Source: Nanobdellota archaeon
GTDB taxonomy: Archaea; Nanobdellota; Nanobdellia; Woesearchaeales; JAGLXL01
DNA: 64,000 nt
NCBI GenBank assembly: GCA_042577865.1
Contig: JBHPDN010000003.1
Coordinates: forward strand, 786-64,785
Reading direction: 5' to 3'
The stretch's first letter is position 1. Every line of letters starts with the position of its first letter. The notes under the pieces were generated by a model that was not told where the DNA came from, ran no database searches, and was given only the letters and a program-made list of their open reading frames with translations. Position numbers and translations under genes: made by a program. Shown piece by piece: positions 29,609 to 38,973 of the stretch.

Positions 29609-29964
29609 CCTATAATCCTCACTTTCTTACCTTTAGGGTTTTCTTGAATTAATTGTTGAATCGTAATGGCCTTACCGACTTGGTTAATTTTTTCTTTAGC
29701 CTGTTTTGAAAAAATAAAAGCAGCAACATTAAGTTTTTTTGTTAGCTGCCCGACTGAAAGCACTTTGCCGGGAACAATAACAGTTTCACCTTCCCGAGCG
29801 GTCTTATCAATCTTGTAAATATTAACTGAACGTCTTTGTCTTGACGGTTTTTCCAGGTCTTTAGCAACTCTTTTCCAAAGCTTGACTCCTTCGGCTAGTG
29901 ATTTCTGTTTGAGCTCACTGATGAGCACTTGCAAGTTTGGGTTTGTTGGTCCTGTTCGTTTCAT
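29605..29964 (-). CDS. rpl18e: 50S ribosomal protein L18e (eL18)
   Basis: MKRTGPTNPNLQVLISELK... Start moved to M19 of the ORF-track entry. Confidence 0.85.
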   Translation of the reverse strand: MKRTGPTNPNLQVLISELKQKSLAEGVKLWKRVAKDLEKPSRQRRSVNIYKIDKTAREGETVIVPGKVLSVGQLTKKLNVAAFIFSKQAKEKINQVGKAITIQQLIQENPKGKKVRIIG

Positions 29965-30030
29965 TTTTCTTCGAAAATGCGGGCATGTAAAAATCCCGTG
30001 GGATTTTTGAGCCCCCATTCACTTTGTGAA

Positions 30031-30114
30031 TGCGGGAGACGAGGTTTGAACTCGCGCAGGCACTAAGCCACTAGGCCCTCAACCTAGCCCGTTTGACCAC
30101 TCCGGCACCCCCGC
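30031..30114 (-). tRNA. tRNA-Leu (anticodon GAG), class II, no intron
   Basis: GCGGGGG/CTCCCGC acceptor, CTAGG-TTGAGGG-CCTAG anticodon arm, long variable arm TGGCTTAGTGCCTGC, T arm GCGAG-TTCAAAC-CTCGT. Confidence 0.9.
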
Positions 30115-30130
30115 AGGGTTTCATGAGGGT

Positions 30131-30928
30131 CTATTTGATAAGTCCAACAAATTCGTCGAGTTGCTGGATGAAAAGGTCAGCAGCAGTATCAAGCATCTGC
30201 TTGCAATCAAGCTGTCCCCAACTTTCAACATGGAAAGCAAAACTGTTAGGGGAATCCTCAATAGGAACACCTGCCTTTTCTAATATTTCCAAATAAGCTT
30301 CGTAATTTTTGTTTGACAAAAGCTTATCCTGATTAAATTTGAGTTTACTGCCAGACAATTCAAAAATGTCTTTGGAAAGACGATTGAGTTTTTTCTTATC
30401 TTCATCACTCAATTGTTTTTTATTAATATCAATTAAAGGAACTTTTTTGTAATAAACCAAACCAGGAGACCATTTAGCATGATCCTTTCCCTGACCCATG
30501 ATAGCAGTAGCCACCAGCTCTAATTTTTGTTTGGCCAAAAGTTTAACAATCGGCATATCAGGGTAAACAAATTTACATTTAGGGTCCTTGCTTTTGGCTT
30601 CGGAAGCTAAAACAATTCCTCGTTTACCAGTTTTAAGAGTTATTTGTAATTGGCATTTAGCACAACCAGCGCCCTTGCAAGTGCATTCTGAAGACAAGTT
30701 GTAGCTTTTAAGATCAGTTTTAATAGGAGTAAGACCGAGACGGTGAGCAACAATCTCGTCATAAAAAGCTGAACTGTTGTCCTGGAAATCAACATCTTCA
30801 ACAGCCAAAGTTGGAACTTGACTGATAGTAAATCTTCTAATAACATTAGCAAAAGATTCATCAGTGTCTTTTAAAACAAAAAACATCTGGTTTTTCTTTT
30901 TGTCCCAATTTGAATTTTCTAGTTTCAT
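30131..30928 (-). CDS. rpoD: DNA-directed RNA polymerase subunit D (Rpo3)
   Basis: Rpo3/RpoD fold with a Cys cluster ([11 protein letters not shown]). Lies in the conserved S13-S4-S11-RpoD cluster. Confidence 0.9.
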   Translation of the reverse strand: MKLENSNWDKKKNQMFFVLKDTDESFANVIRRFTISQVPTLAVEDVDFQDNSSAFYDEIVAHRLGLTPIKTDLKSYNLSSECTCKGAGCAKCQLQITLKTGKRGIVLASEAKSKDPKCKFVYPDMPIVKLLAKQKLELVATAIMGQGKDHAKWSPGLVYYKKVPLIDINKKQLSDEDKKKLNRLSKDIFELSGSKLKFNQDKLLSNKNYEAYLEILEKAGVPIEDSPNSFAFHVESWGQLDCKQMLDTAADLFIQQLDEFVGLIK

Positions 30929-31326
30929 ACTCGTCTACCCCTCCGTCCGCCTTTGGCACGGCAACCATTATGAGCTTCAGGAGTAACATCTTCGATTTTG
31001 CCTATTTTCAGCCCCATTCTGGACAAAGTTCTAATGGCAGCCTGAGCACCAGGACCTGGATTACTAGGACCTTGATGGCCTCCAGGAGCCTTGACACGAA
31101 CATGCAGTCCATTAATACCTTTATCTTTAATGATGTCAGCTGCTTTTTTAGCAGCGGACATGGCAGCAGTAGGTGAACTTTCCAAACGGTCTGATTTAAC
31201 AACCTGACCACCACTGGTTCTGGCTAGAGTTTCAGTGCCGGTAATATCAGTAACGTGAATAATAGTATTGTTATAACTAGAATAAATATGTGCAACAGCC
31301 CATCTGATTTTATTGAGGTTTTTCAT
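30925..31326 (-). CDS. rps11: 30S ribosomal protein S11 (uS11)
   Basis: Family-typical sequence ([18 protein letters not shown]-like, [10 protein letters not shown] tail) and position. Confidence 0.95.
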   Translation of the reverse strand: MKNLNKIRWAVAHIYSSYNNTIIHVTDITGTETLARTSGGQVVKSDRLESSPTAAMSAAKKAADIIKDKGINGLHVRVKAPGGHQGPSNPGPGAQAAIRTLSRMGLKIGKIEDVTPEAHNGCRAKGGRRGRRV

Positions 31327-32023
31327 TTTGAGGTTCTTCCTTTTTTTCTTCTGGTCTTTGAGAATCCTTTGGTTTCTCTAAGCCCTTCTCACTTTCATTC
31401 GAAGGTTTTGTTGCTTCTTCCTTAGGAGCTTCTGCAGGTTTTTCTTCTTTCTTTGGTTTCTTTTTAGTTTCTTTCTTCTTTGGTTTTTCTTCTGGAACTG
31501 CTGGTTTTTCTTCAACCAATCTTTCAGGATGCTCTGAATCAGAAAGTTTTGATCTCGGAGCAAATTCAATCTGGTCTTCTTCTTCCTGAGAAACTAAATA
31601 ATTAGGAAAGGTCAATTTTTTACCTTTAATAGTAATATGCTGATGAACAATAAATTGTCTGGCTTGAGACATAGTTCGGGCAAATCCTTTTTTGAAAACC
31701 AAACTTTGAAGACGTCTGTCCAAAATATCTTTGATAGTCAAACCAAGAACATCGTCCAAGGCAGCGCCAGCCTGGATAAGTCCAAGTTTTTGCAGCCTTT
31801 GCATCAATTGAGCTTTTTCTTTTTCGGCTTGTTTAGTAGTAGCGGAAATAAGTTTTTTAGCCTGATCTTTGAAACCTTTAAGCTTGGAACTAATTCGCCA
31901 AATTTCTTTTTTATTTTTAAGAGAATACTCTTTAAGAATAGCTTTTTCTGCATCAATAATTTCTTTAACCCAAGGATGCCTTGGAGTAAGATATTTTTTC
32001 TTTGGTTTTCTTGGATCTCCCAT
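31310..32023 (-). CDS. rps4: 30S ribosomal protein S4 (uS4) with a ~65-aa Lys/Glu/Pro-rich C-terminal extension
   Basis: [11 protein letters not shown]..., S4 RNA-binding domain, then [32 protein letters not shown]... Confidence 0.9.
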   Translation of the reverse strand: MGDPRKPKKKYLTPRHPWVKEIIDAEKAILKEYSLKNKKEIWRISSKLKGFKDQAKKLISATTKQAEKEKAQLMQRLQKLGLIQAGAALDDVLGLTIKDILDRRLQSLVFKKGFARTMSQARQFIVHQHITIKGKKLTFPNYLVSQEEEDQIEFAPRSKLSDSEHPERLVEEKPAVPEEKPKKKETKKKPKKEEKPAEAPKEEATKPSNESEKGLEKPKDSQRPEEKKEEPQNEKPQ

Positions 32024-32024
32024 T

Positions 32025-32495
32025 TTACTTCTTGCCTACCTTCTTCCTTTGAACTCCCAAGGTAACTTTACCCTTATTCTTTCTGAAATTAGAACGGGTT
32101 CTTTGACCTCTGACTGGAAGTCCTTGAGCATGACGACTGCCCCGGTAGGATTTTATTTTTTTCAATCTTTTAATATCATTATCTTTGACAAAGCCTAAGG
32201 TTCCCAAAAGAATATGCTGATCTTCGTTGGTTTCCAAATCTCTTTGCCGATTAAGCATCCAAACAGGTATTTTTTGAACTAATGGGTTTTCAATAATTTC
32301 AGTAAGTCGACTGACTTCCTGCTCGGTTAAAGCACCAGCTCTTTTGGTCTTGTCAACCTGAGCTAAAGAACAAACAGCATTAGCAAAAGAAAGACCAACA
32401 CCCTTAATTTTTTTCATAGCAAAGGCTATGGGCTTGTCCCCTGGTAAATCTGTCTTAGCGACACGAATGATGTGTTTTAATTCTTGTGTTTCCAT
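32025..32495 (-). CDS. rps13: 30S ribosomal protein S13 (uS13)
   Basis: Family-typical sequence (IRVAKTDLPGDKPI..., HAQGLPVRGQRT) and first position in the cluster. Confidence 0.95.
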   Translation of the reverse strand: METQELKHIIRVAKTDLPGDKPIAFAMKKIKGVGLSFANAVCSLAQVDKTKRAGALTEQEVSRLTEIIENPLVQKIPVWMLNRQRDLETNEDQHILLGTLGFVKDNDIKRLKKIKSYRGSRHAQGLPVRGQRTRSNFRKNKGKVTLGVQRKKVGKK

Positions 32496-32569
32496 TTTAA
32501 ATTTGACTGAGAAGTTGTTTCTCAGCCCTATACGCTTGCCACTCGGGCTAATTTAAGTTAATTTTGTTG

Positions 32570-32588
32570 GGTTGTTTATAAAGGTTTT
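32570..32588 (-). promoter_or_regulatory. Promoter of the S13 operon (AAAACCTTTATAAACAACC on the minus strand)
   Basis: Shares the 14-nt core CTTTATAAACAACC with the L3-operon promoter at 54906-54919. The predicted start is near AGCCCG at about 32549. Confidence 0.6.
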
Positions 32589-32632
32589 GGAAATCTTTGA
32601 TTTCCAAAGCCCAGGAAATTCAAATAATTTCC
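32586..32632. promoter_or_regulatory. Two perfect palindromes directly upstream of the S13 promoter
   Basis: TTTGGAAATC-TTT-GATTTCCAAA (32586-32608) and GGAAATT-CAAAT-AATTTCC (32614-32632). Both are built on GGAAAT/ATTTCC and sit between the primase stop and the TATA box. Confidence 0.4.
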
Positions 32633-32652
32633 GCTGGTTACGGTAGAATGGG

Positions 32653-34002
32653 TTAATTTTCTGATTTAGTCTTTTTGGACTTCTTTTTTGATTTAGGTTT
32701 TTCTTGATTAAACCTTGACTTAATCAAAGCAAAATTAACAGGGTTCTTGATTTTTTTGCATAAAGGTTCTGGATGACAGGCACTGAAAGATTTGTAATAA
32801 TCTGGATGGCTGCAATTAGGTGGGAGAATAGGTTTTTTGTTTTTGGCGCTGCTGATTTGGCCGAGAAGAATGTTCTCTCTCAATGGTTCAGGCTTGTTTC
32901 TTTTATTCCATTCTAATAAGTAAGCTTTAATCTCTTCGTGACCCCAGCCACATTTTTTTAAGAAATTGATTAAAATAAAAGTGGAACGTTTTTTGCCGTC
33001 TTCAAGTCCCTGAAGAATTCTATGGACGCAAGGAGGAAAGCAAGCTTCGGGAATGGCATTTTCCGGCAGAGGCATTTCTTCTCTTTGAATTTTAAATTCT
33101 TCTTCCTGCTGAGGTATTTTAAAATCAAGGGCTTGGATAATCAAAGAACGGGCTTCATTAGGCGGGGCTTCTTTGGGTAAAAAAACAAAAGGAGAGACCG
33201 GACAGCCCGGTTTGGCCTGGTCCTTAGTAAATTCCAAGACGGTTTTGGGGTCGATAGGAATAGAGACCAACCCTGATTTTTCATGCAAGGAATAAGGTGC
33301 ACGATAAAGGTGTCTAGAGGAGATGAGAAGAGTGTCAATTTCCAAGAAAGATTCAACATTCAAGGCAGGAATCTTCTCTCCAAATTCATTTTTATTGTAA
33401 CGAATGATTTCCTTAGTCTCCAGACCGGTCTTTTCTTTAATTTTATTAAAATCATTATTTTCTAATTCGAGAATTCTCTGGCTGAGGGGTTCTTTTATTT
33501 TTTCAGCAATGTAAAAAGCTATCCTTCTTGGCGCTTCAGGAAAAAGATCTTTTGTTTCTTGATTATTTATTTTTTCTGGAAAGGCTTCAAAAGGAACAGC
33601 GATATGAAAACCTTTATTGCCTGAGAATTTGATGGAATAAGATTTAATGTTGTTGTAATCCAGGAACTTGATGATTAAATGAGCAGCAATTTTTGAATAT
33701 TCAATAAATTTACAGTCGATATCCAGGACAAGGTCCCAACCGATTCTGAGGGAATCAAGCTGAGTTTTTTTAAGGTTGGGATTTAACTGCAAAGGGTTGA
33801 ACCAACGTTCTTCTGAAGTATGGAGGGAAGTGGCACCTTTTTTAGCAGCTTCAAGAATATCGTTAGGATAATGAATAATATCTGGACGCTGACCAAACTT
33901 ATCGCCATAACGAACAGTAGTTTCACGGTTTTCAACGTGCTCGATGATGGCTGCCTGAATGTCTTTTCTTTTGTAGTGCTGGAGAATAGTGGAAATATCC
34001 AT
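32653..34002 (-). CDS. DNA primase, single-chain fusion of the catalytic PriS core and a PriL-CTD-like Fe-S domain
   Basis: PriS motifs DLVLDIDC, FSGNKGFHIAVPF, YRAPYSLHEKSG. The C-terminal ~130 aa carry CFPPCVHRIL...FLKKCGW and NCSHPDYY...ACHPEPLC (PriL C-terminal domain-like Cys set). Confidence 0.85.
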   Translation of the reverse strand: MDISTILQHYKRKDIQAAIIEHVENRETTVRYGDKFGQRPDIIHYPNDILEAAKKGATSLHTSEERWFNPLQLNPNLKKTQLDSLRIGWDLVLDIDCKFIEYSKIAAHLIIKFLDYNNIKSYSIKFSGNKGFHIAVPFEAFPEKINNQETKDLFPEAPRRIAFYIAEKIKEPLSQRILELENNDFNKIKEKTGLETKEIIRYNKNEFGEKIPALNVESFLEIDTLLISSRHLYRAPYSLHEKSGLVSIPIDPKTVLEFTKDQAKPGCPVSPFVFLPKEAPPNEARSLIIQALDFKIPQQEEEFKIQREEMPLPENAIPEACFPPCVHRILQGLEDGKKRSTFILINFLKKCGWGHEEIKAYLLEWNKRNKPEPLRENILLGQISSAKNKKPILPPNCSHPDYYKSFSACHPEPLCKKIKNPVNFALIKSRFNQEKPKSKKKSKKTKSEN

Positions 34003-34053
34003 TTTATATCTTAAAAGGTAAGGTTTAAAATGTTTTGTGGTTTTAGAGTAAAC

Positions 34054-34404
34054 ATGAAAGAGGTTCGCGAGACTATTCTGGATTTCTTGAATAAGATAAA
34101 AAAGGAAAATAAACTAGTGATAGTTGAAGGTATCAATGACAAAAGAGCCTTGGCTAGTTTTGGAGTAAAAAGAGTGAAGACTTTAGCTAGGCGGGCTTTG
34201 TATAAATTTGTTGAGGAAGTCAAAGATAAAGAGGTAGTGATGTTGGTTGATTTGGATAAAGAAGGAAAGAAATTGTATTCTAAATTAAACCATGAGTTTT
34301 CACAGCGCGGAGTAAGAGTTGATAATAGATTTCGTGAATTTTTATTTAAGAAAACCAAGTTAAGGCAGATAGAAGGGTTGAAAAGGTTCATGGAAAGGTT
34401 ATAA
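34054..34404 (+). CDS. Small Toprim-domain protein (COG1658 / RNase M5-like family)
   Basis: VIVEGINDKRAL (Toprim Glu) and VMLVDLDKEGKKL (DxD). Start taken at MKEVRET. Confidence 0.65.
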   Translation: MKEVRETILDFLNKIKKENKLVIVEGINDKRALASFGVKRVKTLARRALYKFVEEVKDKEVVMLVDLDKEGKKLYSKLNHEFSQRGVRVDNRFREFLFKKTKLRQIEGLKRFMERL

Positions 34405-34632
34405 TTTTTTAAAATGAAAGCCGCAGCCTTCTTTAGTGAGGTGTTCTCTTTCTGTTCGGGGGTATTTCCGGCAACTGAAAGCCCTGATGGGATAGACCAG
34501 ACAAAAATAGGTGTTATCTTTTTTTTGTCTTAAAAAAAGACATTTCTTAGGCATCCGGCAGCATCTCCCACACCGGAGACATTTTCCCACTTTGTTTTTT
34601 GAAACTGGCAAGACAGATGTCAAGGTTCTCAT
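34399..34632 (-). CDS. YkgJ/UPF0153-type Cys-rich zinc/iron-binding protein
   Basis: CLRCGRCCRMP...C...FC...FSCRKYP pattern. Start uncertain (M at 34632 or 34659) because the long ORF overlaps the hef 3' end. Confidence 0.55.
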   Translation of the reverse strand: MRTLTSVLPVSKNKVGKCLRCGRCCRMPKKCLFLRQKKDNTYFCLVYPIRAFSCRKYPRTEREHLTKEGCGFHFKKL

Positions 34633-34648
34633 TATTTTGGACCAGTAA

Positions 34649-36835
34649 TTATTTTTCATATTCTTTTTCAAAAAGTTCTTTGAGTTTTTTGGTGATGGTG
34701 GGACCAACCTTGGGAACTTTTTTCAATTCTTCTTCAGAAGAGTTAACCAAGTTTTTAATTGTTTTGAAATGTTTGAGAAGATCCTGAGCAATATTGGGGC
34801 CAACAGAAGGCATGGAAGAAACAAGATATTCCTGCTGTTCTTTGAGACTGAGGGGTTTTCTAGTATGAAGGGAAAAGTCGCGGTCTTTTGACTGCTCGCG
34901 TTTGGCGATAGTAGCTAAAAGTGCAGCTGTTTCTTTGAAATTCTTGGTTTGGATGATGGGGACACCATAACTAACAGTGATGGCAGCGAGCATACCACGA
35001 ATAGCATTGGGATGTACTTTTCTGACAGAATAAATATCCTCTTCGCCTTCAATGATAACGAGCGGACGAGCATAATTCTTTTTTAATTGTCTTAACTGAT
35101 CTAAAAGACGACCGTCAATAATAGAATGGACAAAGTCCGGCACGGTCTTGAATTCAACAGCGCATTCTGGCGAGCAGAGGTAATCGGCGGAGTCAAGCTG
35201 TTCCAATTTAAGGTCAAATCCGAGGTTAATGATTTCCTTGATAACACCTGAACCCTTTTCACGATGGTCGGCCAAGATTTGAATTTTTTGTTCTGAAGGA
35301 ATAAATTGAGTGAGGGTAGGAACTGATTTTAAAGTAAATTCTTTTTTGATTTGATCTAATGTTCTAAACATGCGCTTTTCTTTGTGAAAGGCGCTCCAGC
35401 GATAACCTGAATCACGAGTTTCATTAGTTTGTAAGATGAGAACACGTCCCTGCTCCTGTCTTCCGGTACGGCCTCTTCTTTGAATATGTCGAATGGCACT
35501 AGGAATGGGTTCGTAAAAAATAACTAAATCCACCGCGGGAATGTCTAGTCCTTCTTCTCCAACAGAAGTGGCAACAAGAATATTAAATTCTTCATTTCGG
35601 AATTGGTCAAGAATTTCTTTTTGTTCTTTTTGTGAAAGGCCAGTCTCACCTTTTTTGGTTTGGCCAACAAAGGTTTTGGCTTTTTGACGGAGCTGCTCAA
35701 GTTCTTGAGTAATTTCAGAAGCCGAATCCCGGTATTGAGTGAAGATGATAATCTTGACCTTGTGATTTTTTTCTGTTTCAATTTTGACTAATTCCTTGAG
35801 TTTAGTCAATTTAGGATGTTTGACATTCATTTCAAAAAGGTTGATTGTTTTAATGTAAGCTGATTTGAAGTTGATATCCTGGACAAGGTTTTTGACAGCC
35901 CGGGTTTTGGCAGTAAGAGATTCCTGCTGAAGTTTTTCCAAATATTTTTTCAAGGCAGCAATGCCCTGCGTTTCCAAAAGCACTAAAGCGTGTTGAATCT
36001 TCATGGCTTCGGCAAGAAGGGAAATCGATTTCAGAAGCTCAAAATCTTTTTGGCCTCGAGAAAGTTGTCCATGAAGTTGAGATTGGAGTTTGATAAGATC
36101 CATTTTGTTAACATAAAGAGAATTAAGATAACCATATTTTTTGACTTCGTTGATTTTTGACTGGTAGCAGTCTTTAATGAATTTTTGAATGGCCTTGAAC
36201 TGTGGGGGAAGTTCAACTTTGATCCATTCGGTTTTGATGGGTTTAACATAATCTTTGACATCAGGGTCAGCTGGGGTTCGGGCTTCAACAGCTTCAATAT
36301 GGAGATTTTTACAAACTTCTTTGATTTTTTCCAAATCTGAACCAGGGGAAGCAGTCAGGGCGATGATTTTAGGAAAGTCAGCTTTTTTTTGATATTGCTG
36401 GGCAACAAAAACATAGGCATAATCACCAACAGCGCGGTGAGCTTCGTCGACACCCAAAAGAGAGATGTTTTTGAGTTTTAACCGACTGGAGATAATGTCA
36501 TTTTCTATGACTTGGGGTGTGGAGAAAATAATCTGTGTTTTTTTGTAAAGTTCAACTCTTTTTTCCGGCGAGGTCTGGCCAGTGAAAATCGTGAGTTTTT
36601 CCGGGTCGATGTCAAAATATTTTTTGAAAGTTTCCAGATGCTGTTCAACCAAGGGTTTGGTCGGGGCTAAGAAGACAATTTGAGAATTGGGGTATTGTTT
36701 AAGTCTTTGGGCAGCGAGCATGAGAAAGATATTTGTTTTTCCTAATCCTGTTGGAAGGACGACTAAAGTGTTTTTTTTAACGGTGGTGGCGAGAATAGTT
36801 TCCTGATAGAGCCGCGGCTGGAAGTTCTTAATCAT
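34649..36835 (-). CDS. hef: Hef: helicase + ERCC4/XPF nuclease + HhH2
   Basis: SF2 helicase motifs (LPTGLGKT, VDEAH, QRRGRTGR), an ERCC4-type nuclease region (ADHREKGSGV...) and a C-terminal double helix-hairpin-helix (VGPNIAQDLL...VPKVGPTITKKL). Confidence 0.9.
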   Translation of the reverse strand: MIKNFQPRLYQETILATTVKKNTLVVLPTGLGKTNIFLMLAAQRLKQYPNSQIVFLAPTKPLVEQHLETFKKYFDIDPEKLTIFTGQTSPEKRVELYKKTQIIFSTPQVIENDIISSRLKLKNISLLGVDEAHRAVGDYAYVFVAQQYQKKADFPKIIALTASPGSDLEKIKEVCKNLHIEAVEARTPADPDVKDYVKPIKTEWIKVELPPQFKAIQKFIKDCYQSKINEVKKYGYLNSLYVNKMDLIKLQSQLHGQLSRGQKDFELLKSISLLAEAMKIQHALVLLETQGIAALKKYLEKLQQESLTAKTRAVKNLVQDINFKSAYIKTINLFEMNVKHPKLTKLKELVKIETEKNHKVKIIIFTQYRDSASEITQELEQLRQKAKTFVGQTKKGETGLSQKEQKEILDQFRNEEFNILVATSVGEEGLDIPAVDLVIFYEPIPSAIRHIQRRGRTGRQEQGRVLILQTNETRDSGYRWSAFHKEKRMFRTLDQIKKEFTLKSVPTLTQFIPSEQKIQILADHREKGSGVIKEIINLGFDLKLEQLDSADYLCSPECAVEFKTVPDFVHSIIDGRLLDQLRQLKKNYARPLVIIEGEEDIYSVRKVHPNAIRGMLAAITVSYGVPIIQTKNFKETAALLATIAKREQSKDRDFSLHTRKPLSLKEQQEYLVSSMPSVGPNIAQDLLKHFKTIKNLVNSSEEELKKVPKVGPTITKKLKELFEKEYEK

Positions 36836-36886
36836 GAGAATTTTTATGTTTGGTGATTTATATAGTTTTGGTGGAGATGTCTTGTG

Positions 36887-37072
36887 TTAACCTAATCTCT
36901 TTTGGTTAGAATCAATATTACTTTGGTTTTCCTTGATTTGGTCTCTTAAGTCATCAATTTCTTCTCTGAGTCTTTCCAAATCTGTCCTTAATTGGGCCAT
37001 GGCATCAAAGATGGTGTCACGGAAACCTTCATACTCTGCAATCAAGCTGCCAAATTCTTCTGAAGTAACCAT
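36887..37072 (-). CDS. Hypothetical small acidic coiled-coil protein (61 aa)
   Basis: Intact ORF with heptad-like LERLREEIDDLRDQIKE. No family recognised. Confidence 0.4.
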   Translation of the reverse strand: MVTSEEFGSLIAEYEGFRDTIFDAMAQLRTDLERLREEIDDLRDQIKENQSNIDSNQKRLG

Positions 37073-37092
37073 TTTGAATAAAAAAAGAGGAA

Positions 37093-37452
37093 CTACTTAA
37101 TATATCCAGCGGATTTGAAAAAGGTGAAATAACCTTTTTTGTGGAGATAATAAGAAGGAATAGCTCCAACAAAGAAGAGGATTAAGATAAGCAATCGGCT
37201 GGATGAAAGGGCACCAATAAAGAGTCCAAGGAGAAGACCCATAATGATAAGCATGTAAGGGAAAAAGTGCTCTTTTCTTTTTTTGTAGTAAAAGAATCTC
37301 CCTGCGGCAATACCACATAAGAAAGCAGTCAGATAAATCAAAAAGGATGAATTTAAACTGAGTGAGATAAGAAGACCAACAAGGAGCAAAATAACAAAAC
37401 CTATTTCTGCCCAACTTTCCCAAATCATCCGTGCTTGTGCTTTTTTGTTCAT
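37093..37452 (-). CDS. Small membrane protein (119 aa, ~4 TM helices)
   Basis: Hydrophobic helices throughout. 4-nt overlap with the upstream gene. The alternative frame 37097..37465 looks like noise. Confidence 0.5.
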   Translation of the reverse strand: MNKKAQARMIWESWAEIGFVILLLVGLLISLSLNSSFLIYLTAFLCGIAAGRFFYYKKRKEHFFPYMLIIMGLLLGLFIGALSSSRLLILILFFVGAIPSYYLHKKGYFTFFKSAGYIK

Positions 37453-38204
37453 GGTGGTTGCTCAAAAGTTAAAAAGTAAATTAAACTGAGGATACCGGCG
37501 ATGATGGCCCCTCCGATAAGAGTCAAGATGACTCCGGTGAAAAAAATCAAGACGGAGCAGGCGATGATGGTGAAAAAGATAAGAAAATACCAGGTTCGGC
37601 CGGCGAAAAACATGTTAATACCATCCAAAGGAGGGATGGGTAACATAGTACAAATAGCAAAGACAATGTTGATTAATAAAGCTTTCTGCAAGAACCAACT
37701 TTGAGGAAAAATGTAAAGTGATATCTTGAAAATAAAGGCCAGAGCGAGATTGGAAATAGGGCCAAGAGCAGCAATAACACCGTTTTCCCAGTAATTAAAG
37801 CCGTAACGGAATTCTCCCAGACGATGACGGACAAGGACAGCCGCAAACATGCCGCCAGGCAGGATAATTGGGATACCAAATCCAAAGATGGCAGCAGTAA
37901 CAAAAATAAGGACAAAACCAGCAATAAGGCCTCCCCACCAAATCCTAAATTCGGCTTTGAAACCAATGGCCAGGGCGACAACACGCTGGACAGTCAAATG
38001 AACGAAAAAAGCAAGAAGGACTAAAACAATGATGAGGGCAAAATTTTTAAGACCAATAATAAAATCAAAGGTGGTAGAACCCCATTCATTGAAAGCAAAG
38101 ATAAAACTGGCAATCAAGGTGGCAATTAAAACTTCCTTGACTTCTTTTCCGCTGAAGGCAAAGTAATTTTCCAACCGACTTTTGAATTCAGCAATGAGGG
38201 CCAT
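37449..38204 (-). CDS. M50/site-2-protease-like polytopic membrane protein lacking the HExxH motif
   Basis: Retains the C-terminal LPIPPLDG motif of M50 peptidases. The expected HExxH position reads HLTVQ. Confidence 0.55.
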   Translation of the reverse strand: MALIAEFKSRLENYFAFSGKEVKEVLIATLIASFIFAFNEWGSTTFDFIIGLKNFALIIVLVLLAFFVHLTVQRVVALAIGFKAEFRIWWGGLIAGFVLIFVTAAIFGFGIPIILPGGMFAAVLVRHRLGEFRYGFNYWENGVIAALGPISNLALAFIFKISLYIFPQSWFLQKALLINIVFAICTMLPIPPLDGINMFFAGRTWYFLIFFTIIACSVLIFFTGVILTLIGGAIIAGILSLIYFLTFEQPP

Positions 38205-38232
38205 TTTACACCAAATGTTATTTTCAGGTTAT

Positions 38233-38910
38233 TTATATCTTTTTATTTTTAAAGGCTTTTTCAAGACTTTTCTGGTGACCGGCGCCGACTATAACCAGAA
38301 TTTTCTTTTCTGGGTTTTGTTTTAATAGAAATTTGAGGTTTTTGATCATGACCAGATTACGTTCATGAACCAGAACTTGGTAAACATTAGGGTAGCGGTT
38401 TTTGACTTCCCCAATAAGTTTGATGATTAATTCTTCTGAGGGGACTTTGGTAAGATCCAGGCCTTCAAATTTTTTCAAAGTTTTCTTTCTGAAAAGAAAG
38501 CCTTTGACTAAATCGCTGACAAAACGGAAACGCTCTTTCCAGGTTAATTTTTGAGAGAAACGTTTGAGAGTAATTTCGATGTCCTGATCAATGAGGGCTA
38601 GAGGAATCCTGTTTTTTCTGGCCAGCTTGATAGCTTTAAGCATTTCTGAACCAGGGGCCACCCCAACTGACTGGCCAAGTTTTTTCTGGAGGTAAGAGCC
38701 AATGAGAGCAAAAAGATAACCTTTTAGGCCAATTCTTCTGATATCCCTTAAAGAAATTTTGTTTTTTTGATTAGAAAGAAGAGCCTGGAAGCGTTTGGCG
38801 TCTAATTCTATGGCAATAATATCTGGCTTTTCCTGTTCAATGGTCTTTTGGATCTGGTCAATGCTCTGCTGAGCAATATGAGAAGTCCCTAAGATGAGAA
38901 TGTTCTTCAT
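38233..38910 (-). CDS. TraB/PrgY-family protein
   Basis: ILGTSHIAQQS...PDIIAIELD..R...IVGAGH pattern typical of the TraB family. Confidence 0.75.
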   Translation of the reverse strand: MKNILILGTSHIAQQSIDQIQKTIEQEKPDIIAIELDAKRFQALLSNQKNKISLRDIRRIGLKGYLFALIGSYLQKKLGQSVGVAPGSEMLKAIKLARKNRIPLALIDQDIEITLKRFSQKLTWKERFRFVSDLVKGFLFRKKTLKKFEGLDLTKVPSEELIIKLIGEVKNRYPNVYQVLVHERNLVMIKNLKFLLKQNPEKKILVIVGAGHQKSLEKAFKNKKI

Positions 38911-38973
38911 TAAGTACAGAAAAATATATAAAGTTTAAAAGTTTTTTGAATATTAGAGTGAGAGGTGTTAAAA

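Noticed and set aside
37097-37465. 122-aa ORF overlapping 37093..37452 in another frame of the same strand
   Set aside because: The 119-aa frame gives clean TM helices and a 4-nt coupled start. The 122-aa frame has no recognisable features.
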